NCBI GenBank assembly: GCA_964035545.1
Contig: OZ037768.1
Span: forward strand, 7,038,741 to 7,102,740
Direction: 5' to 3'
DNA length: 64,000 nucleotides
From: Bugula neritina
Lineage: Eukaryota > Animalia > Bryozoa
The notes under the pieces: model-generated
The model's database searches: none
What the model saw: the letters and a program-made list of their open reading frames with translations, nothing else
What the model was told of the DNA's origin: nothing
Position numbers and translations under genes: made by a program
Shown: positions 63,001-64,000 of the stretch, piece by piece
How the letters are laid out: every line of letters starts with the position of its first letter
How positions within the stretch are numbered: position 1 is the stretch's first letter

Positions 63001-63066
63001 ATTTTCCAACAGATTCTGACTCTGATACTGAGTCAATACCAGATAATTCTCCATTAGTCCTAGATG
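1..63066 (+). CDS. TTN: Titin/connectin-like giant muscle protein (sallimus/kettin-type), partial spliced gene: 76 traced exons, about 33 I-set Ig domains plus repeat-rich elastic exons; open at both ends
   Basis: Repeated I-set signatures (P-x-F; C/V-x-G-x-P-x-P-x-V-x-W; L-x-I; D-x-G-x-Y; A-x-N-x-x-G) split over GT-AG exons whose phases chain without frameshift; kettin-type Ig with linker; E/V/T/P/K-rich giant exons. The symbol denotes the family; orthology is not proven. Confidence 0.9.
516..812 (+). CDS. exon 2, complete I-set Ig
   Basis: tttgtag acceptor, c|gtaagc donor; EPDFVR...ECEVTGSPSPTISWYK...GRYTCLAVNSAG. Confidence 0.93.
1596..1750 (+). CDS. exon 3, Ig N-half
   Basis: ttttag/gtaagt; APRLVAPLQD...PTPSVQWFREG. 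Confidence 0.92.
1909..2169 (+). CDS. exon 4, Ig C-half plus next Ig N-part
   Basis: ttacag/gtaaga; FPEDSGTFT...CVVVGRPEPM. Confidence 0.92.
2815..2878 (+). CDS. exon 5, Ig middle (VTWLHNDLPVKESPNVRLLFE)
   Basis: ctttag/gtaatg; supplies the conserved Trp; not in the ORF track. Confidence 0.9.
3307..3423 (+). CDS. exon 6, Ig C-half
   Basis: tttcag/gtagta; DRCSLLIDKVNQSDRGVYRVIAKNPHG. Confidence 0.92.
4407..4624 (+). CDS. exon 7, linker plus Ig N-half
   Basis: tgtcag/gttagc; APQLVQAF...CQIAGTPKPK. Confidence 0.9.
4790..5031 (+). CDS. exon 8, Ig C-half
   Basis: tttcag/gtaagt; VKWFVGG...EVFDEDAGRFTVIAENPHG. Confidence 0.92.
5239..6140 (+). CDS. exon 9, P/Q/S/T-rich unique sequence
   Basis: ttttag/gtaaag; ORF 5273-6238; phase 2 to 1 fits its neighbours. 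Confidence 0.88.
5675..5746 (+). repeat. coding 12-bp tandem repeat (ACACAGCAGACG) x6 encoding TQQT
   Basis: directly visible. Confidence 0.9.
6493..6647 (+). CDS. exon 10, Ig N-half
   Basis: ttttag/gtaagt; APNFITRL...VTWYREG. Confidence 0.92.
6820..6949 (+). CDS. exon 11, Ig C-half
   Basis: ttacag/gtacgt; LEDTGLFAVKAENENG. Confidence 0.92.
7227..7622 (+). CDS. exon 12, linker plus complete Ig
   Basis: attcag/gtaagt; NPEPIIKWYKDG...DSGHYLVHVVNSKG. Confidence 0.88.
7747..7978. mobile_element. MITE-like element with imperfect terminal inverted repeats of about 40 bp
   Basis: left end ggtgactagtcaatattccaaaggcccattagtccgaag vs reverse complement of right end ggggacagctcaatattccgaaggctcgtttgtctgaac; related copy at 43666. 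Confidence 0.7.
8024..8936 (+). CDS. exon 13, unique sequence with PQSP repeats
   Basis: atttag/gtcagt; part of ORF 8008-9486. Confidence 0.85.
8386..8814 (+). repeat. coding minisatellite, 27/33-bp units, 14 copies of (P/S)VPQSP(G/S/A)T(Q/K)(YQ/YY)
   Basis: core cagtacc(a/t/c)cagtcacc repeated. Confidence 0.92.
9087..9407 (+). CDS. exon 14, S/P/R-rich linker plus Ig N-half
   Basis: atgcag/gttggt; RPKFTRPL...ECRFDAYPPAQVTWSRHG. Confidence 0.9.
9991..10133 (+). CDS. exon 15, Ig C-half
   Basis: ctgtag/gtagaa; FPEDLGEYTCTAKNDAG. Confidence 0.93.
10420..10562 (+). CDS. candidate alternative terminal exon (ASESEFADESSVCDTYSEWEDSSSVFSF...FTVC*)
   Basis: aaacag acceptor in phase 1; GC-richer, acidic coding-like frame ending in TGA; AATAAA at 10684-10689. 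Confidence 0.5.
10963..11264 (+). CDS. exon 16, unique sequence with SP/R motifs
   Basis: ctgcag/gtatga; ORF 10977-11270. Confidence 0.88.
11464..11676 (+). CDS. exon 17, linker plus Ig N-half
   Basis: ttatag/gttaga; EGQDATFFCKVVGVPKPK. Confidence 0.92.
12115..12362 (+). CDS. exon 18, Ig C-half
   Basis: ttgtag/gtatgt; VAWFKNG...DEGVYMAHAVNSGG. Confidence 0.93.
12683..12890 (+). CDS. exon 19, Ig N-half
   Basis: atctag/gtgaga; RPVF...RFDCVVSARPQAEVVWYRNG. Confidence 0.93.
13192..13487 (+). CDS. exon 20, Ig C-half plus Ig N-half
   Basis: ttacag/gtatta; DGGQYVVAAENKAG...PPKFTER...GNPAPHITWTKD. Confidence 0.93.
13794..13985 (+). CDS. exon 21, Ig C-half
   Basis: ctatag/gtgagt; DAGWYQCSAVSVAG. 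Confidence 0.92.
14145..14237 (+). CDS. exon 22, linker (LAAPEEQLTEMQVAQLYRNQLRYNIQHVDE)
   Basis: ttctag/gtaggt; phase 2-2; not in the ORF track. Confidence 0.8.
14795..14848 (+). CDS. exon 23, 54-nt symmetric cassette
   Basis: ttttag/gtttgt; DNTSDGPAPIVTQQPQQ; phase 2-2. Confidence 0.75.
15482..18505 (+). CDS. exon 24, 3024-nt giant symmetric exon with R/S-rich segment and 25-aa repeats
   Basis: ttttag/gtagaa; ORF 15519-18509; phase 2-2. Confidence 0.88.
16827..18170 (+). repeat. coding 75-bp tandem repeat, 18 copies of HISKVDYNSEPEFEPVEMDVKLPQR-type unit
   Basis: central nine units nearly identical in DNA, flanking units diverged. Confidence 0.93.
18513..18547 (+). promoter_or_regulatory. 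candidate intronic splicing enhancer: TGCATG (Rbfox) at 18513 and ACTAAC (QKI/How) at 18542
   Basis: exact motifs just downstream of the giant-exon donor; second TGCATG at 18626. Confidence 0.5.
18758..18978 (+). CDS. exon 25, kettin-type Ig N-half
   Basis: ttgcag/gtaagt; APYFT...RFECVLQPVGDPNMIVEWYCNG. Confidence 0.93.
19317..19554 (+). CDS. exon 26, kettin-type Ig C-half plus kettin linker
   Basis: atccag/gtaagt; GHRF...YPEDVGEYVCVAKNRVG...LDTQFPEGMEGVHKLQELEE. Confidence 0.93.
20637..20817 (+). CDS. exon 27, Ig N-half
   Basis: ttttag/gtaagt; AKFIARVSGYPRPKITWKIN. Confidence 0.92.
21093..21293 (+). CDS. exon 28, Ig C-half plus EDFRLKL motif
   Basis: tgacag/gtaaac; SSRFKTHYDGHCYHLEIPKVREYDQG...AVNSLG; not in the ORF track. 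Confidence 0.9.
21520..21927 (+). CDS. exon 29, short PEVK-like linker plus Ig N-half
   Basis: ctgtag/gtttgt; APQFTKPL...GFPSPQISWYRE. Confidence 0.92.
22277..22552 (+). CDS. exon 30, Ig C-half plus Ig N-half
   Basis: ttgtag/gtaagt; EVFPEDQGMY. Confidence 0.92.
22895..23189 (+). CDS. exon 31, Ig C-half plus Ig N-part
   Basis: ttgcag/gtataa; DDAGLYEVRVTNSAG...CTIKGAP. Confidence 0.9.
23788..23963 (+). CDS. exon 32, Ig C-half
   Basis: ttctag/gtaagt; VTWLVNG...EAFPEDDGEY. Confidence 0.9.
24001..24212. repeat. degenerate (TATG)n/(TA)n microsatellite
   Basis: atgtatgtatgtatata tracts. Confidence 0.9.
24306..24512 (+). CDS. exon 33, Ig N-half
   Basis: ttttag/gttagt; PPRFTQP...GTPAPQVKWFRE. Confidence 0.93.
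24652..24781 (+). CDS. exon 34, Ig C-half
   Basis: tttcag/gtattt; EVFPEDSGLFMCRATNSYG; not in the ORF track. Confidence 0.92.
26360..26573 (-). mobile_element. tRNA-derived SINE, decayed copy
   Basis: reverse strand has a degenerate A box, agttcaagttc B box, then accattggtgatgccaggaagggcatctgac; aligns by eye with 52704-52910. Confidence 0.7.
26692..26788 (+). CDS. exon 35, Ig N-part (MPSFEKPL)
   Basis: ttgtag/gtatgt; phase 1 to 2. Confidence 0.88.
27009..27226 (+). CDS. exon 36, Ig body
   Basis: tttcag/gtaagc; AYPPARHTWFFNG...EDGGEY. Confidence 0.92.
27402..27558 (+). CDS. exon 37, linker plus Ig A strand (PIKFIKTL)
   Basis: tcatag/gtaagt. Confidence 0.85.
27741..27884 (+). CDS. exon 38, Ig middle
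   Basis: gtgtag/gtaatt; FEIELERKPDTVQWFVNK. Confidence 0.9.
28105..28279 (+). CDS. exon 39, Ig end plus next Ig start
   Basis: ttgtag/gtatga; GVYSVEV...LPRFVEKLQD. Confidence 0.9.
28426..28583 (+). CDS. exon 40, Ig middle
   Basis: atgtag/gtgagt; GQPVPELSWYLD...PEDAGIY. Confidence 0.92.
28868..29102 (+). CDS. exon 41, Ig end plus T/Q-rich linker
   Basis: ttttag/gtatac; CIASNPVGEA; possible in-frame alternative donor after 29051. Confidence 0.85.
29302..29556 (+). CDS. exon 42, unique acidic linker
   Basis: atatag/gtatgt; phase 0-0. Confidence 0.8.
29790..32363 (+). CDS. exon 43, 2574-nt PEVK/E-rich giant exon
   Basis: ctctag/gtaaac; ORF 29853-32393; phase 0-0. Confidence 0.88.
29985..31575 (+). 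repeat. coding 147-bp tandem repeat, 11 copies of a 49-aa unit (EPEKQQ.SEDVAPTPE...)
   Basis: gaagatg anchors at 30009 and 30156 give a 147-bp period; 11 PTPE motifs. Confidence 0.93.
32554..32716 (+). CDS. exon 44, linker plus Ig start (PPRIIEPL)
   Basis: tttcag/gtatat. Confidence 0.88.
33011..33241 (+). CDS. exon 45, Ig body
   Basis: ttgtag/gtaagt; CTITGEPTPDVHWFVN...DEAVY. Confidence 0.92.
33355..33526 (+). CDS. exon 46, linker plus Ig start (GPMFVQPL)
   Basis: tttaag/gtaaga. Confidence 0.85.
34138..34361 (+). CDS. exon 47, Ig body
   Basis: tcttag/gtgagt; CKVTGVPMPTLQWYHN. Confidence 0.92.
34544..41412 (+). CDS. exon 48, 6869-nt giant E/V/T/Q-rich exon
   Basis: ttgcag/gtatgc; ORF 34660-41490. 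Confidence 0.9.
35025..40790 (+). repeat. coding 273-bp tandem repeat, about 21 copies of a 91-aa unit, with 546- and 819-bp higher-order duplications
   Basis: ESDK anchor recurs every 273 bp from 35219 to 40679; near-identical blocks offset by 546 and 819 bp. Confidence 0.95.
41725..41788 (+). CDS. exon 49, small linker exon
   Basis: ttgcag/gtgagt; SFPDVSVDQTLDLKSSEIVVT; restores phase 0 to 1. Confidence 0.82.
42347..42388 (+). CDS. exon 50, 42-nt symmetric microexon (DSEESSISSVRDAV)
   Basis: strong tctctatctctttcag acceptor, gtaagc donor. Confidence 0.75.
43011..43280 (+). CDS. exon 51, 270-nt symmetric exon
   Basis: ttttag/gttagt; TPKTEDV...PPLFTTPL...SPVFIQPL...; true frame differs from listed ORF 43029-43334. 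Confidence 0.78.
43666..43725. mobile_element. left end of a second copy of the MITE family at 7747 (right end not located)
   Basis: ggggacggatcataatttcgaaggcccattgctctgaaggttcattagtccgaa. Confidence 0.6.
43935..44000 (+). CDS. exon 52, 66-nt symmetric exon (PGQPKEVATGEASWTPDQQNE)
   Basis: ttttag/gtttgc; phase 1-1. Confidence 0.75.
45963..46142 (+). CDS. exon 53, linker plus Ig N-part
   Basis: ttttag/gtgctg; APEILTCL...TFEVVIR. Confidence 0.85.
46403..46603 (+). CDS. exon 54, Ig body
   Basis: taacag/gtaatt; GIPQPTIEWYID...DEGEY. Confidence 0.92.
46753..50341 (+). CDS. exon 55, 3589-nt exon: Ig, long acidic S/T/E/V region, Ig N-half
   Basis: ttttag/gtaaga; ORF 46743-50345. Confidence 0.9.
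48950..50162 (+). repeat. coding 396-bp tandem repeat, 3 copies of a 132-aa unit
   Basis: VHLQAATAPSVASAKLD recurs at 396-bp spacing. Confidence 0.9.
50478..50896 (+). CDS. exon 56, Ig C-half plus complete Ig
   Basis: ttgtag/gtaagt; DDEGDY...VYTCRVKNIAG. Confidence 0.92.
51186..51349 (+). CDS. exon 57, linker plus Ig start (APTFVQCL)
   Basis: tttcag/gtaagt. Confidence 0.88.
51533..51767 (+). CDS. exon 58, Ig body
   Basis: gtatag/gtatgc; DDEGEYTVICENQYG. Confidence 0.92.
51927..52091 (+). CDS. exon 59, Ig N-half
   Basis: ttgcag/gtaaac; KPYFTK...DGTPRPK. Confidence 0.9.
52307..52498 (+). CDS. exon 60, Ig C-half
   Basis: ttccag/gtaagt; VTWYK...DVGTYVVKADNEAG. Confidence 0.92.
52704..52910 (+). 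mobile_element. tRNA-derived SINE (pol III A/B boxes plus body)
   Basis: A-box-like tggtttaggggttaaagc, B box gggttcgattccc, then gccattgatgatgttaggaagagaatcc shared with the antisense copy at 26360-26573. Confidence 0.75.
52967..52999 (+). CDS. exon 61, 33-nt symmetric microexon (ELVSDEISVE)
   Basis: ttacag/gtaaga; phase 1-1; ACTAAC at 53063. Confidence 0.72.
53653..53833 (+). CDS. exon 62, Ig N-half
   Basis: atctag/gtatac; APLFTEEL...CKVTGLPRPDIRWF. Confidence 0.92.
54200..54366 (+). CDS. exon 63, Ig C-half
   Basis: ttttag/gtaatt; HSGVYRCLATNDAG. Confidence 0.92.
54539..56377 (+). CDS. exon 64, 1839-nt PEVK-like symmetric exon
   Basis: gtccag/gtaact; ORF 54505-56418; rich in P/E/V/K/T/D; phase 1-1. 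Confidence 0.88.
55450..55690 (+). repeat. coding repeat, 5 copies of TPV(L)(T/A)DEKATP(E/K)
   Basis: gatgagaaggcaactcct repeated five times. Confidence 0.88.
56860..56974 (+). CDS. exon 65, Ig N-half
   Basis: atttag/gtatac; APTINTPL...GQPTPTLQW. Confidence 0.9.
57497..57684 (+). CDS. exon 66, Ig C-half
   Basis: tttcag/gtaaga; DSGVYKAVVTNVAG. Confidence 0.92.
57929..57961 (+). CDS. exon 67, 33-nt symmetric microexon (SETLSDSADD)
   Basis: taacag/gtaggt; ctaac branch point upstream; phase 1-1. Confidence 0.7.
58278..58580 (+). CDS. exon 68, complete Ig
   Basis: ctatag/gtaagt; GPKFIQK...GYPEPTVQWTK. Confidence 0.92.
58690..59031 (+). CDS. exon 69, Ig plus next Ig start
   Basis: ttgcag/gtgaga; AFPPAEVVWTLN...ATNVAG...APKFILKP. 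Confidence 0.92.
59266..59418 (+). CDS. exon 70, Ig middle (N2A I80-like)
   Basis: tttcag/gtatga; FQCKISGEPYPKVTWSKG. Confidence 0.92.
59692..59712 (+). CDS. exon 71, candidate 21-nt microexon (GITEDVK) inside an Ig domain
   Basis: catcag/gtaatg; phase 1-1; TGCATG at 59646, ACTAAC at 59744. Confidence 0.55.
60124..60259 (+). CDS. exon 72, Ig C-part plus EDWVSQLKKT motif
   Basis: ttgcag/gtaagc; AGTYVVTIENEHG; not in the ORF track. Confidence 0.9.
60594..60768 (+). CDS. exon 73, unique sequence with RRTS
   Basis: ttacag/gtaagg. Confidence 0.87.
61718..61906 (+). CDS. exon 74, PEVK-like symmetric exon
   Basis: taacag/gtatgc; phase 0-0; TGCATG at 61910. Confidence 0.85.
62181..62439 (+). CDS. 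exon 75, Ig of the subtype lacking PxP and NxxG motifs
   Basis: ttttag/gtaagc; FIRELSDV...FECEVS...KWFVKG...DAG. Confidence 0.92.
62983..63066 (+). CDS. exon 76, small symmetric acidic exon (alternative in-frame acceptor possible at 63013)
   Basis: cccaag or caacag acceptor, gtaggt donor; DSDSDTESIPDNSPLVLD. Confidence 0.6.
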
Positions 63067-64000
63067 GTAGGTATAGCATGTATTGTGATGTCACATGACC
63101 ATTGCAGTAATGAAAATTATAAATGATTACATTTGTTAAAAGCTCAATAATCGTAGGTGTTTCGACGTTGTGAAAAAATCTAGCGATCAAAGTTTTGTTT
63201 TTCTTTATTTTAAATTTATTTTTAATAAAGCCTTATTTGTACCACAAAGTCATGTGATATCAATATACCCTGGCAGTTTCAAAGGCAGGCATTGCTCTGG
63301 GCACTATTGTTGTACTCTCTGAACAAATGATATGTATAGATGCATTATGTTAGCTCTAGCTCCTTCTTGGTTTCTGTACTGCTTCCAATTCTTCTGATTG
63401 CTCTCTTGTGTGTTCACTACTGAGCATGAAATTATATGCTATGATGTTAGTTAGTAGTACCACTTAGCCATATGATATGTAACACTCATGTTCTATTAGA
63501 ACAAATCTGGGCTGTGTGATAATGGGTTGTCATGGCAACATGACCTCAAATTTTACCTGCTGCAACTGGTAGTAAGTATGTACTGGTACTAACCTATTTT
63601 ATGCATAGGACGTTACTTTTTGTATAGTACATGCACTAAAGACTTGAGTTATCAATAGTATAATTTAACACGGTACATTAGTTTGTGTTTTCCCCGAAAT
63701 AATTTGAATTTTAGTATAGCGACTGAGATTGTCAGTAAACGCAAGTGCTTGGTCACATGATCAACATCAGGTCACATGATTACCAACTTACAATATTTTG
63801 CTTATACTAAGTAACGTGTGATTAGAAGCACAGTTCACTATGCACAGAGTATACTCGGCACTTGTTTTTCATTATTTCAACCATTTATATACTTTTCTAA
63901 AATGTGAGTAGTTAGAAAAATTGACTAATTTGTAATAATTTTCAGGTAAATTTTGCTCTTTCAATATGCCAGCAGTTTAATCAAGTACGACTCTTTTAGA

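Noticed and set aside
63720-63734. Possible 15-nt in-frame microexon (ATEIV)
   Set aside because: Its AG is not the first after the pyrimidine tract and the donor is weak; cannot be supported without reads
1-64000. Calling the gene twitchin/projectin, obscurin/UNC-89 or a cell-surface Ig receptor
   Set aside because: No Fn3, kinase, RhoGEF, signal peptide or transmembrane exon in the window; the kettin-type Ig with linker and PEVK-like exons point to titin/sallimus

Overview
AT-rich eukaryotic (invertebrate animal, possibly spiralian) genomic DNA. The whole window is an internal part of one + strand, multi-exon gene for a giant sarcomeric Ig-domain protein of the titin/connectin (sallimus/kettin-type) family. 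Neither the start nor the main stop lies in the window. By hand I traced 76 exons with GT-AG boundaries and mutually consistent phases: about 32.8 kb of coding sequence, about 10,900 aa and about 33 I-set Ig domains, with no Fn3 or kinase domain. The Ig domains are interspersed with giant exons built from unrelated tandem repeats: PQSP units of 9-11 aa, 25 aa x18, 49 aa x11, 91 aa x about 21 with higher-order structure, 132 aa x3, and a PEVK-like exon. The most interesting features are: (1) a domain block that appears colinear with the vertebrate titin Z-disc edge, with only one kettin-type repeat, and an N2A-like module near the right end; (2) a 3-kb symmetric cassette exon carrying an unfamiliar beta-type 25-aa repeat, inserted in a conserved linker; (3) three candidate alternative terminal exons; (4) in-frame microexons, one inside an Ig fold, flanked by Rbfox (TGCATG) and QKI/How (ACTAAC) motifs. 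Introns hold two copies of a tRNA-derived SINE, two copies of a MITE family and a (TATG)n microsatellite. There are no prokaryotic-type systems. Comparisons with vertebrate and fly proteins are from memory and need alignment.
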